DNA of 64,000 nucleotides from an uncultured Candidatus Obscuribacterales bacterium (GTDB lineage Bacteria; Cyanobacteriota; Vampirovibrionia; Obscuribacterales; Obscuribacteraceae): NCBI GenBank assembly GCA_964493595.1, contig CAZBOX010000002.1, positions 2,003 to 66,002 of the forward strand, read 5' to 3'. Shown piece by piece: positions 56,060 to 64,000 of this stretch (position 1 is its first letter; each line of letters starts with the position of its first letter). The notes under the pieces were generated by a model. It saw only the letters and a program-made list of their open reading frames with translations, ran no database searches and was not told where the DNA came from. The position numbers and the translations under genes were made by a program.

Positions 56060-56102
56060 TGAGCAAAAGCTGCATGAATAGAGGCTCGCGCACGCTGTGC
56101 AA
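55939..56102. repeat. Tandem duplication of ~82 bp, each unit holding two 15-mers 24 bp apart
   Basis: GGTCCAGTT starts at 55945, 55969, 56027 and 56051 (spacings 24/58/24). The units 55939-56020 and 56021-56102 are about two-thirds identical by eye, including a shared CTGCATG(G/A)A(G/T)AGA segment. Confidence 0.8.
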
Positions 56103-56467
56103 ACTGAGCAAGCGTTCACGATCTCTTCACTCTCGACTCCGTGGTGTCGTACGCCACAGCCGCTGGGCTGCGGGATTCAGCTTTAGATAGATCTGGGTGA
56201 TTTAAGAGCCTTTGAACACGGGTCGAGAGAAATGGAAGTTAGGTCTTATACGTAGCCCAAGCAGCGTTATCTAGGCATCTCAATTATTGTTGAGTTGTCG
56301 TTCTTTACAACCTCTTACAATCATCTGCCAGAAACACTTTCTGGAAGATGAGTAAAGGCCGCTTTCCGGCTATTTTATGCGCGAGCTTTTGCGAGGTAAT
56401 TGAAGGTGTTTAGAAAGAGAAGAGCGCTCGCTTGTCGCGGCCGGTCTCTGTGATCAATGTCCACTTC

Positions 56468-59098
56468 TCAAAAGCTGCTTTCGACTTTCTCCCTGTATTT
56501 AAGCGCTTCTTCGCGTCTTCCTGTTTTTTCAGCACATTCTGCCAGTCGGGTGAAGAGATATTGTTCGGTGCGCGGCTTGATGCCTATGATTGCTCCTATG
56601 GCGACCGAGTTTGCCTTCTGCAGAGCCATTTCCGACTGTTTCAAAATGTTGTAAGCCTTGTCGAATTGCGAGCGCCGCATGAGAATCTCACCCATATTGT
56701 TGAGCATGCTCACTTTCGAGTAATTATCAGTGCTTCGCATTGAGCTGGTCAGCTCGATTGCTCGCGTATAGCTTTTTTCCGCATCGACAAGTTTGCGATT
56801 ATTTGCTTGAAAATCGCCGAGTGCAACCTCCAATGTTGCGGCAAAAGCATTGTGCTCTGTTCGTTCCCAGATGGCACAGGCTCGAGCGGCCAGGTTGTTT
56901 ATCATTCTGGCGTTTTCTTCTGAGTACGGCATTTTCATGAGAAGTCGTGCTTTCCAGTAGAGAGCTTCAGTCAAATCCTGATCTCTTTTGGGCAAGGCTT
57001 TTTCTTGCTCTGCCAACTGCTGGTCCAGTATTTTCAAAGCCTGGTCGATTTGTCCTTCTTCAAGCAAAATCTCAGCGTGTGTCAACTGGCACCGCAGGGT
57101 ATTGGAAGGAGATTTTTCTGCGGACTGGAAAGCTTGCTCGGCTCTTGCCAGCGAGCTGGCTGCTGCGGCAGGCTGGCCCAGTCTGACCTGGCATTCAGCC
57201 AGGCGCAGGAATGCCTGCCCCGCGCCCAGACCTGAGAGGGCATTTTCATAGCGGTAAATTTCGATTGCTTCATTGAGCGGAGCAATACTGTCTTCTGGAT
57301 GCGACGCTACCAGATAGGCGCGCCCCAGGTCGGAAAGAAAGCGCGCTTTGGCTAAGGGCGGAATTGCTACTTCCTTGAGAATTCGGTAGCTCATGGTCAT
57401 ATAGATAAAAGACTTCTGTGGGTCTGTATTGATGAACATCGCCACAAGGTTGATTAAGGAGCGCGGCACGACCGGATCGTTCTCCGGAATAAATTCGCTT
57501 GCTTTGTCGTAAATTTCTTGCAGAAGGTCGCTGGCCTCCAGCAAATGTCCGTCTTGAATAAGCACTTCCGCCGCGTCATTGGCGTTGTTCAAAATAAAGA
57601 TCGCATCGCGCCTGGCTGCCTGTTTTTTTGCTGGATCGTCGGACGCCGTCAGATTATCGGCTGATTTTCTTAGATCGAGAATCGAAACTGGCAATTTGCC
57701 TCTTTGATAATTGGCGTTATCTAGTTGCAGCAACCGGTCTTTTAGCTTTTGCTTCTCATCTTTGTTGTTTGTGGCAAAGGCAAGATCGCGCTGTCCCAGA
57801 AGGTTCTCCTTTACGCGCACTTCCCTTTGAGAAACAGGCAGGCTTTCTGCAAACCCGAGAGCATCTGCGTAATACTTGCCAGCTGCTTCCAACTCGCCGG
57901 CGTCAAATGCGTGTTGCGCTTTTAAATCCAGATCAGCCCAATATTTGTCGGTGAAATCAGTCACCAGCTGTGGTTTCATGATCACTGCTGCCGGCACAAG
58001 AGCGATTACGATCAGCCCGATGCCAGCCGAGCGTGAGTGTTTACCCAGTCCGCTCTTCAGGCGACGTCCAAAGGATCCGAACCTTGCTGCCACGCCGCTG
58101 CGTGATTGTTTTTCCAGAGAAATGAGATCACTCTCGAGCCGGTCGGCATCTTGATAGCGGTCTGCCGGGTTCTTTGCCAGGCATTTAAACACCACCTTTT
58201 CAATATCGGCTGCGTTTGGCGCCGCTTTCAACCTGGCTGCAAACGGCTTGGGTTGCTCATCGGTATGCATGCGGAAAGTCTCGAGCATCGAGGCTCCGTC
58301 GAATGGAACGTGTCCAGTCAGGCACTCGTACATGACGCATCCTAGAGAATAGAGATCCGAGCGCGCATCTACTCTTTCTCCCCGGCACTGCTCCGGGCTC
58401 ATGTAATGTGGGCTTCCGAAAATTGTCCCTGTCAGTGTCAAACCTTTTCCGGCCTCTTCTTCCGGACGTGCTAAACCGAAATCGACTACTTTGGCGACGC
58501 TCTCTCCATGGGAGTTTTGCACGATCACGATATTGCTGGACTTGACGTCGCGATGAACGATGCCGTGCTTATGAGCGTAGGCTAGCGCTTGCACTACCTG
58601 CTTCATCCATGAAATAAATTCCTCGAGGCTGAGGGCTCCTTTCTGCTTGATGATTTCGGAGAGAGACTGACCCTGCAAGTATTCCATTACAAGAAATGGC
58701 TCGTCATTTTCTGTGGAATTGAACTCGAAAATTCTGACGATGTGGGGATGGTCTAATGCACCAATAGCTCTGCCTTCACGCTGGAAGCGAAGTTTTTCCT
58801 CGTCGGAATAATAGGCGCCGGAAAGCAACAGTTTGACAGCCACTTTCCGGCTCAGCACCAAATCGGTAGCAAGATACACTGCACTGGAGCCGCCGCTGCC
58901 TATGCGTGCTTCCAATTGGTAATGCCCGCCAATTATGGTGCCTAATGCTCGACCGTGCGATTTGGTTTTGGCATCCGAATGCGGTTCTTCATCGGGGTTT
59001 GTAAGGACGATGGTCGTGTCATCGCCCAAGTGAAAGTGCGGATCGGTTTCAAACCCCTGCACTTCTTCTTTTAGATTGTCGGACTTTTCGTCAGTCAT
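56468..59098 (-). CDS. Membrane Ser/Thr protein kinase with a large extracytoplasmic TPR domain
   Basis: GSGGSSAVYLA, VAVKLL, HRDVKSSNIV, DFGLARP and SPEQ. TM segment GIGLIVIALVPAAVIM. Long helical-repeat C-terminus. Confidence 0.9.
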   Translation of the reverse strand: MTDEKSDNLKEEVQGFETDPHFHLGDDTTIVLTNPDEEPHSDAKTKSHGRALGTIIGGHYQLEARIGSGGSSAVYLATDLVLSRKVAVKLLLSGAYYSDEEKLRFQREGRAIGALDHPHIVRIFEFNSTENDEPFLVMEYLQGQSLSEIIKQKGALSLEEFISWMKQVVQALAYAHKHGIVHRDVKSSNIVIVQNSHGESVAKVVDFGLARPEEEAGKGLTLTGTIFGSPHYMSPEQCRGERVDARSDLYSLGCVMYECLTGHVPFDGASMLETFRMHTDEQPKPFAARLKAAPNAADIEKVVFKCLAKNPADRYQDADRLESDLISLEKQSRSGVAARFGSFGRRLKSGLGKHSRSAGIGLIVIALVPAAVIMKPQLVTDFTDKYWADLDLKAQHAFDAGELEAAGKYYADALGFAESLPVSQREVRVKENLLGQRDLAFATNNKDEKQKLKDRLLQLDNANYQRGKLPVSILDLRKSADNLTASDDPAKKQAARRDAIFILNNANDAAEVLIQDGHLLEASDLLQEIYDKASEFIPENDPVVPRSLINLVAMFINTDPQKSFIYMTMSYRILKEVAIPPLAKARFLSDLGRAYLVASHPEDSIAPLNEAIEIYRYENALSGLGAGQAFLRLAECQVRLGQPAAAASSLARAEQAFQSAEKSPSNTLRCQLTHAEILLEEGQIDQALKILDQQLAEQEKALPKRDQDLTEALYWKARLLMKMPYSEENARMINNLAARACAIWERTEHNAFAATLEVALGDFQANNRKLVDAEKSYTRAIELTSSMRSTDNYSKVSMLNNMGEILMRRSQFDKAYNILKQSEMALQKANSVAIGAIIGIKPRTEQYLFTRLAECAEKTGRREEALKYREKVESSF

Positions 59099-59276
59099 AC
59101 GACTCGTCGCCTGCCCCTGTAAATCATCTTAGACCATTGAAAACGGGCAAAAAGGGTCAGTACTAAAGCAAGTAGTATGATCTGGCAAAAGAATGAAAAG
59201 TCTGGATTATCGTGGGGGTGAGGCCGGCGCGCCGGGAGGTTGCCCACCCGTGCGCGCCAACACCTCAATCAGCCGA

Positions 59277-59789
59277 TCAACGCAGCTTCGCCAGATTCTC
59301 GGCGATTTCTGCGACAGCGTTCGAGTGCCAGGCGACCATAGTCGCGTCCTTTCCGACATCGGCGCACTTGAGCTTGTCCAGACCTTCGGACATGATCTGC
59401 AGGCCCTTTTCTTTCTTTCCGGCGAGCACCATGCACTCGCCGAAATTCGCTTGCGCCAGAAAAACGCGATAGCTATCCGGCTGATTGTGCGCCTTGGCAA
59501 TAGCGAATGCCTTTCGCGCATGACGAAGGGCGGCCTTGTGTTGACCGCGCTTCTGAGCGATAGCGGCTCGGGCGTTGTGGTAGCTGCTCAGAGAGGGTCC
59601 GTCGCTCTGACCGCTTAACGCAAAGAGCTTGCTGGCAGCGGCCAGATGAACCTCGGCTGCGTTCAGTCGGTCCTTTTCGATCCACAGAATGGCCAGGCTC
59701 ACTTTCGCTTCGGCCTGCGCTGCCAGCAGCTGCTCGTCGCTCATTTCGTGGCTGCAATTGCAGCCTTTGTGGTGCTCCTTTTCAGACAT
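59277..59789 (-). CDS. Small TPR-like protein with an N-terminal His/Cys cluster
   Basis: Start MSEKEHHKGCNCSHE at 59789 with a GAGGAG RBS. Helical repeats. The maximal ORF extends to 59870. Confidence 0.55.
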   Translation of the reverse strand: MSEKEHHKGCNCSHEMSDEQLLAAQAEAKVSLAILWIEKDRLNAAEVHLAAASKLFALSGQSDGPSLSSYHNARAAIAQKRGQHKAALRHARKAFAIAKAHNQPDSYRVFLAQANFGECMVLAGKKEKGLQIMSEGLDKLKCADVGKDATMVAWHSNAVAEIAENLAKLR

Positions 59790-59919
59790 CTCGGTGCTCC
59801 TCTTTGCTGCAGAACCGTGCAGAAGGCGGAGGAGTGCCAATGAGGCACTCCTTTTGGTTGCGGGTCGCATGCTAATCGCATGCTAGTTGCAGGGATTTAC
59901 CGGTTTGGAAACAGATCAC

Positions 59920-60264
59920 TCACTTGAAGAAGTGGATGATCATTCCGTAGCGGTGAGGCACTGCCGGCTCGTTGGCGACGCTGATCATGGCGATAATCGG
60001 AGCGACTATGCTCCAGATTGCCACGACGAAGAGCGTGACGAAGCCGACGAAGATGAAGCACAGCGGAATCGAGACGAGAGCGTAGAGCATCATCGTCAGC
60101 TGGAAGTTGAGTGATTCCCGCGCGTTCTGTTTCACCGTCTCATTGTCGGTCATTGCCAGAATGAGAATCGGCCCGAGAATGGCGACGAAAAGTGAGGTGA
60201 ACAGTGCGCACAGATGCGAGGCGATCGAGAGGAATGAGCTTTCGCCCGTGGATGTGTTTGGCAT
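59920..60264 (-). CDS. Small membrane protein (DUF4870-like)
   Basis: Start MPNTSTGESSF at 60264. NARESLNFQLTMMLY and flanking TM helices resemble the DUF4870 pattern. Confidence 0.55.
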   Translation of the reverse strand: MPNTSTGESSFLSIASHLCALFTSLFVAILGPILILAMTDNETVKQNARESLNFQLTMMLYALVSIPLCFIFVGFVTLFVVAIWSIVAPIIAMISVANEPAVPHRYGMIIHFFK

Positions 60265-60283
60265 TTTTGTGTCCTTGTGGATT

Positions 60284-60883
60284 TCAGCGAGCCATGAAGG
60301 CGTCGAATTTCTCGCTTCTTGCAAAACCGCGTTTGAGCAGTTCCTTGCGAAGCTCCTCCGGCGGAGTCGAGGACGTGAAATTGCCGGAAGAACATTCCCC
60401 GGCATCGTCCGGAAGGTGCGAGCTGATGAAGATAGAGACTTCCTGATCGTATTGGCATTGATTGCGTTCGAAATAGCTGACAGGCGTCAGGACGAACCAA
60501 TATGGATACTCTGGACTGGTCTCGTCTTTGCTGTCCGAGACATAGAAGTAGAAATCTGCGGGCTCGAAGAGATTGGCATGCTTCTGGTAGAAAGCATACG
60601 CTTCATTGCTCTCGAGATTGTCCGCGACCGGCTGGTCGGCAGGCGAATCGTAGTCGAGATCGAAGAGCGCCAGTCCCTTGATCGTCGTTTTGACTATGGC
60701 GCCGTTTTCCTCGATCACCACTGCCTTGAGAGGCAGAGTCCGGTGATAGAAGAGGCGCTCGATCTTTTCGCCCTTCCGTCCCTTCTTCGAGACGCGCTTG
60801 AAGTCATCTGCTCCGGCTCCGAACTCAGCCGGCCAGGCGGCTTCGATGGCGCGTTTGCAGTCTTCTGTGGAGATGGCGGACAT
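60284..60883 (-). CDS. Hypothetical cytoplasmic protein
   Basis: 199-aa ORF. No motif recognised. Confidence 0.55.
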   Translation of the reverse strand: MSAISTEDCKRAIEAAWPAEFGAGADDFKRVSKKGRKGEKIERLFYHRTLPLKAVVIEENGAIVKTTIKGLALFDLDYDSPADQPVADNLESNEAYAFYQKHANLFEPADFYFYVSDSKDETSPEYPYWFVLTPVSYFERNQCQYDQEVSIFISSHLPDDAGECSSGNFTSSTPPEELRKELLKRGFARSEKFDAFMAR

Positions 60884-60999
60884 CTCTGAATTCCTTCTGT
60901 TTGCGAATTCTCTGCGTGTGATTTTGTGCTTGTGATTTTCTGCTTGTGAAATTGTGGGCGATCTGCGTTCGGCAGACCTGCCACAATTTCAGTCAGCGG

Positions 61000-61623
61000 C
61001 TACTGGAGCCAGGCTGCATACTTCGCGTAGGTCTTTTCTTTGTAGGCTTCGAGGTCGCTGGGGCTGATCACCGAAACGGTCTTGCTTGATGCCGTGGTGC
61101 CGTTGTATCGCGTATATGACCCGACGCCGTGCCCGATGTCGTCGATGTTGGAGCGTATGAAGCTCACCACTTTCTGGTCTTCGGCCGTAGCGAAAGCTGT
61201 CTGCATGAGCGCGTGTCCCAGGTCGCCGTCGGACAGAACCTTGTCGTTGTCGACGTCCAGGGCATTGAAATTGCTCAGTGCGAAAGGCGCCACCAGAGGC
61301 ACGGATTCGAGATGTTCGCGAATACGCTGCGGCGCTGTCAGAGCCGTGGTCAGCGCACCTAAGAACATCCCGGCAGCGCAGCCGCCGAGCACTCCCCACG
61401 TCAGAGGCCAGGTGCGGTCACTGTAGATGTTGAATCCAAAGATAAGGGCAGGAATGATGAGGATGCCTGCCGCTATGACGGTGGCAATGACGGTCTGGCG
61501 AACCAGTGCGCGCCTGCCTTTATGCTCGTATGCACCCACGGTCATGCAGCCGAAAAGAGCAGTAAGAAGCAGGCACAGTAAACCGAAAAGCCCGAACAAG
61601 ATGATTTCCATTGATGTCTCCAT
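61000..61623 (-). CDS. Membrane protein with an EF-hand-like loop
   Basis: Three N-terminal TM helices. DVDNDKVLSDGDL fits a DxDxDxxxxxxD/E calcium-binding loop. Confidence 0.5.
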   Translation of the reverse strand: METSMEIILFGLFGLLCLLLTALFGCMTVGAYEHKGRRALVRQTVIATVIAAGILIIPALIFGFNIYSDRTWPLTWGVLGGCAAGMFLGALTTALTAPQRIREHLESVPLVAPFALSNFNALDVDNDKVLSDGDLGHALMQTAFATAEDQKVVSFIRSNIDDIGHGVGSYTRYNGTTASSKTVSVISPSDLEAYKEKTYAKYAAWLQ

Positions 61624-61650
61624 CAGTTGCTAGTTTTCGTTTAAGCGGGT

Positions 61651-61962
61651 TCAGTCTTTCTCTTGGCCCGCCGTTTGCGATTTCTTTGCGTCGCCGCAAA
61701 GTGCGAAGATTATGCCGCTCGTGAAAGACAGCAGCGTAATCGAGATCAAGGCGGCCGGCCAGTGATCGACGAAGATTGTCAGAAACACCGTCAGCCAGTT
61801 GGATATGGCGGTGCCGAAGAGCAGCGCCAGCAAAAGAAGCGCGAACGCAAATGGTTTCGCCTTTGTCGCCCATGCATACTTATGCAATCGAAGACCGGCG
61901 AACATGCCGCCAATGAGAGCTATTGCCGCCACTATTAACGGCAGCAGTTGATACTCATTCAT
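61651..61962 (-). CDS. Small integral membrane protein
   Basis: 103 aa with 3 hydrophobic helices. Confidence 0.5.
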   Translation of the reverse strand: MNEYQLLPLIVAAIALIGGMFAGLRLHKYAWATKAKPFAFALLLLALLFGTAISNWLTVFLTIFVDHWPAALISITLLSFTSGIIFALCGDAKKSQTAGQEKD

Positions 61963-62306
61963 CGAATCAGCTCCTTGTTTGATTGGTAGTATGCCGCGGA
62001 ATCAGCGCGGAATTTACTTGCAAGCTGCGCGCCAGCCATCAGAAGAAAAGCAGAATGGCCGCCGGCACCATCATGATTAAGAGACCAATAGCGGTTAGCT
62101 TTTCAGTCTTCTATGTTTCCATCGAGGTTTCGGCGTTCTATCCGAACACCTGGTTTGTTTTTCGACGACTGTCGCAGAAGCAAGTGGAGCAGGAATGATT
62201 GGACACTCCTGCTCCACTGCTAATTTCCTGCAGGCAAGATATGCAGGAAAACGGGCTCTCAGCAATCTTCGCGACACTTACTGCGTCAGCGCGATTACAG
62301 TTCTTC

Positions 62307-63989
62307 TTATCCCGCCAGAGCCGTCGCCGGATATGCGCTTTCAACGATTTTCTTCGCATCCACCTTTGCAGGCAGTGTGCCGAAGGCATAGCCGCCTGCA
62401 CTGGACAGACGCGAGGCAATGAAGGCGTTGGCAGATTCTTCAGATGCATCGCGCAACATGAGCGAGGCCTGCAGTGCCAGTGCCAGACGTTCGACGAAGC
62501 GCCGCGCGCTCTTCTCTCGAGCGGATGCGGCCGCCTTCGATGAAGGAGTCGACTTGAGCGCCTTGATGTCGTGCTTCACTGAAGCGACGAAAATGTCATA
62601 GCGGCGATTGCGGCCGAGGGCGCTGTCCAGCTCTTCGACAACTGTGTCCAGAGTGTTCGGGTTGGTGGAGACCGCCCGCAACACATCCAGGCAGATGACA
62701 TTGCCCGAGCCTTCCCAGATGCCCAGCAGAGGGCTCTCGCGGAAAAGACGCGGCATCGGACCTTCTTCGACGTAGCCGTTGCCGCCCAAGCACTCCAGTG
62801 CTTCTGCCACCGCCATCGGTGCGCGCTTGCAGACCCAGTACTTGGCGATCGCGCTGACAATGCGCTTGAACTGAGCCTCTTTGGAGGAAGTTTCTGCCTG
62901 GTCGTACGAGCGCGCGACGCGCATCATCAAGCGCGTTGCCGCTTCCGATTCCAGGGCGAGGTCTGCCAGAACGTTGACCATGAGCGGCTGCTCGCTGAGC
63001 AGCTTGCCGAATGCAGCCCGGTGATGGCAGTGGTGCATCGCCTGCAGAAGCGATTGCCGCATCAAGGATGCTGAGCCGATGATGCAGTCGAGCCTCGTGT
63101 GGTTGACCATCTCGATGATCGTGGGCACGCCTCGCCCTTCCTCGCCGATCAAGAAACCGAGCGCATTATCCAGCTCGATCTCGCTGGACGCATTGGACTT
63201 GTTGCCCAATTTGTCCTTGAGACGCTGGATGAAGATGGTGTTCTTTTCCCCGGTCGGCTTGAAGCGCGGCACCAGGAAGCAGGACGGACCCTTCTGCGTT
63301 TGCGCGAGGATGAGGAACGCGTCCGACATGGGAGCCGAACAGAACCACTTGTGTCCGGTCAGGAAATATTCCTTGCCCGGACCAGCTTCGCCCACTGGCA
63401 CAGCCTTCGTAGTGTTGGCACGCACGTCTGATCCGCCTTGCTTTTCCGTCATCCCCATACCGATGGTTACACCGGTTTTCTGGAAGTACGGAATGAAGCG
63501 CGAATCATACGTATTCGATGTGATGAGCGGCTCCCAGATGGCTGCAATCTCAGGCTGCTTGCGTAGCGCAGGGATAGCCGAGTACGTCATGGAGACCGGG
63601 CAGCAATGTCCCGCTTCGTTTTGAAAAGCCATGTACAGCAGAGCTGCACGCGCCACATGTGCGCCTTCGCGGGGTTCCGCCCAGGGCAGGCTGTGGGTTC
63701 CGGCTTCTATCGAAGCAGACATGAGATGGTGATAGCTGGGATGGAAGTCGACCTGGTCGATGCGTTCACCAAACCGAGAGTGCGTTTTGAGCACAGGCGG
63801 AAAAGTGTTAGCCTCGATGGCGCTTCCAATGCCGAAGGCGCTGCCGGCGAAAAAGCCGAAGCCCTTGAGCCTATCCTCAGCCCATTCAGCGCCGTAGCGC
63901 TTGATCAGGTCTTGCAGCAGAGCGTCGCTCTCGAACATGTTGTAGTCAATGAGCGGCTTTGCTTGGTTGAAGACAGTATGAGTTGCCAT
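62307..63989 (-). CDS. aidB: AidB-like acyl-CoA dehydrogenase
   Basis: THTVFNQ near the N-terminus, GMGMTEKQGGSDV, GHKWFCSAPMSDAFLILAQT, FLVPRF, RLKDKLGNKSNASSE and IWEGSGNV. It runs collinear with my recollection of E. coli AidB. Confidence 0.9.
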   Translation of the reverse strand: MATHTVFNQAKPLIDYNMFESDALLQDLIKRYGAEWAEDRLKGFGFFAGSAFGIGSAIEANTFPPVLKTHSRFGERIDQVDFHPSYHHLMSASIEAGTHSLPWAEPREGAHVARAALLYMAFQNEAGHCCPVSMTYSAIPALRKQPEIAAIWEPLITSNTYDSRFIPYFQKTGVTIGMGMTEKQGGSDVRANTTKAVPVGEAGPGKEYFLTGHKWFCSAPMSDAFLILAQTQKGPSCFLVPRFKPTGEKNTIFIQRLKDKLGNKSNASSEIELDNALGFLIGEEGRGVPTIIEMVNHTRLDCIIGSASLMRQSLLQAMHHCHHRAAFGKLLSEQPLMVNVLADLALESEAATRLMMRVARSYDQAETSSKEAQFKRIVSAIAKYWVCKRAPMAVAEALECLGGNGYVEEGPMPRLFRESPLLGIWEGSGNVICLDVLRAVSTNPNTLDTVVEELDSALGRNRRYDIFVASVKHDIKALKSTPSSKAAASAREKSARRFVERLALALQASLMLRDASEESANAFIASRLSSAGGYAFGTLPAKVDAKKIVESAYPATALAG

Positions 63990-64000
63990 TTAATTGGTTT

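Noticed and set aside
55814-56119. 101-aa minus-strand ORF and short + strand ORFs (for example ATGACTGGTCCAGTTGAC...) overlapping the repeat array.
   Set aside because: Their apparent peptide repeats (NWTAP/NWTSH, TGPV) are by-products of the DNA-level tandem repeat read in different frames. No RBS is present.
1-64000. CRISPR arrays, rRNA genes, IS elements and prophage genes.
   Set aside because: I saw no regularly spaced direct repeats with unique spacers, no rRNA-like segments, and no transposase, integrase, capsid or terminase-like ORF in any frame.

Overview
This is a bacterial chromosomal window with about 58 supportable protein-coding genes. I found no rRNA, no intact tRNA, no CRISPR array and no transposase, integrase or recombinase ORF. 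Composition is a mosaic. GC-rich gene blocks give a hand count of 39/60 GC for 18421-18480 in the terD array, and their mirror strands carry long spurious ORFs. They alternate with AT-richer, ORF-poor spacers (25/60 GC at 21961-22020) and lower-GC genes (28/60 GC at 38761-38820 in an LRR kinase). Two GC-rich, minus-strand blocks dominate. Block 1 (5.8-21.0 kb) is a Ter-type (TerD/tellurite-resistance family) supercluster. It holds four TerD-family paralogs (two are a near-identical tandem pair), a TerY-like vWA protein, a 639-aa coiled-coil repeat protein, TerC, a 27-codon hydrophobic ORF, and a translationally coupled five-gene operon (PRTase/TRSP, HAD, PRTase, HpcH/HpaI aldolase, ATP-grasp). 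That operon matches the nucleoside-like-metabolite pathway predicted computationally for Ter systems. Three unassignable genes sit at the distal end. Block 2 (46.8-56.0 kb) is a seven-gene operon: a coiled-coil protein paralogous to the one in the Ter block, a clear PknG-type Ser/Thr kinase (zinc ribbons + kinase + TPR), a zinc-ribbon PP2C phosphatase, a vWA protein, a zinc-ribbon FHA protein, a four-TM GlnX-like protein and a GlnH-like solute-binding protein. It therefore joins the actinobacterial PknG-GlnX-GlnH nutrient-sensing module to a TerY/PP2C/kinase triad. Its 5' end carries a nested tandem repeat with four copies of a palindromic GGTCCAGTT-containing motif. Other notable content: a GC-rich nucleoside-hydrolase-like operon next to the Ter block (22.8-25.6 kb), and a Nudix + LOG/SLOG-like pair followed by a degenerate tRNA-like structure (34.8-36.3 kb). 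There are also two membrane Ser/Thr kinases (LRR and TPR ectodomains), a histidine kinase/response regulator pair, a MocR-type regulator, and housekeeping genes (ppa, citrate synthase, sirtuin, pssA, AidB-like acyl-CoA dehydrogenase). All functional calls rest on motifs read by eye from the translations. No database search was run.
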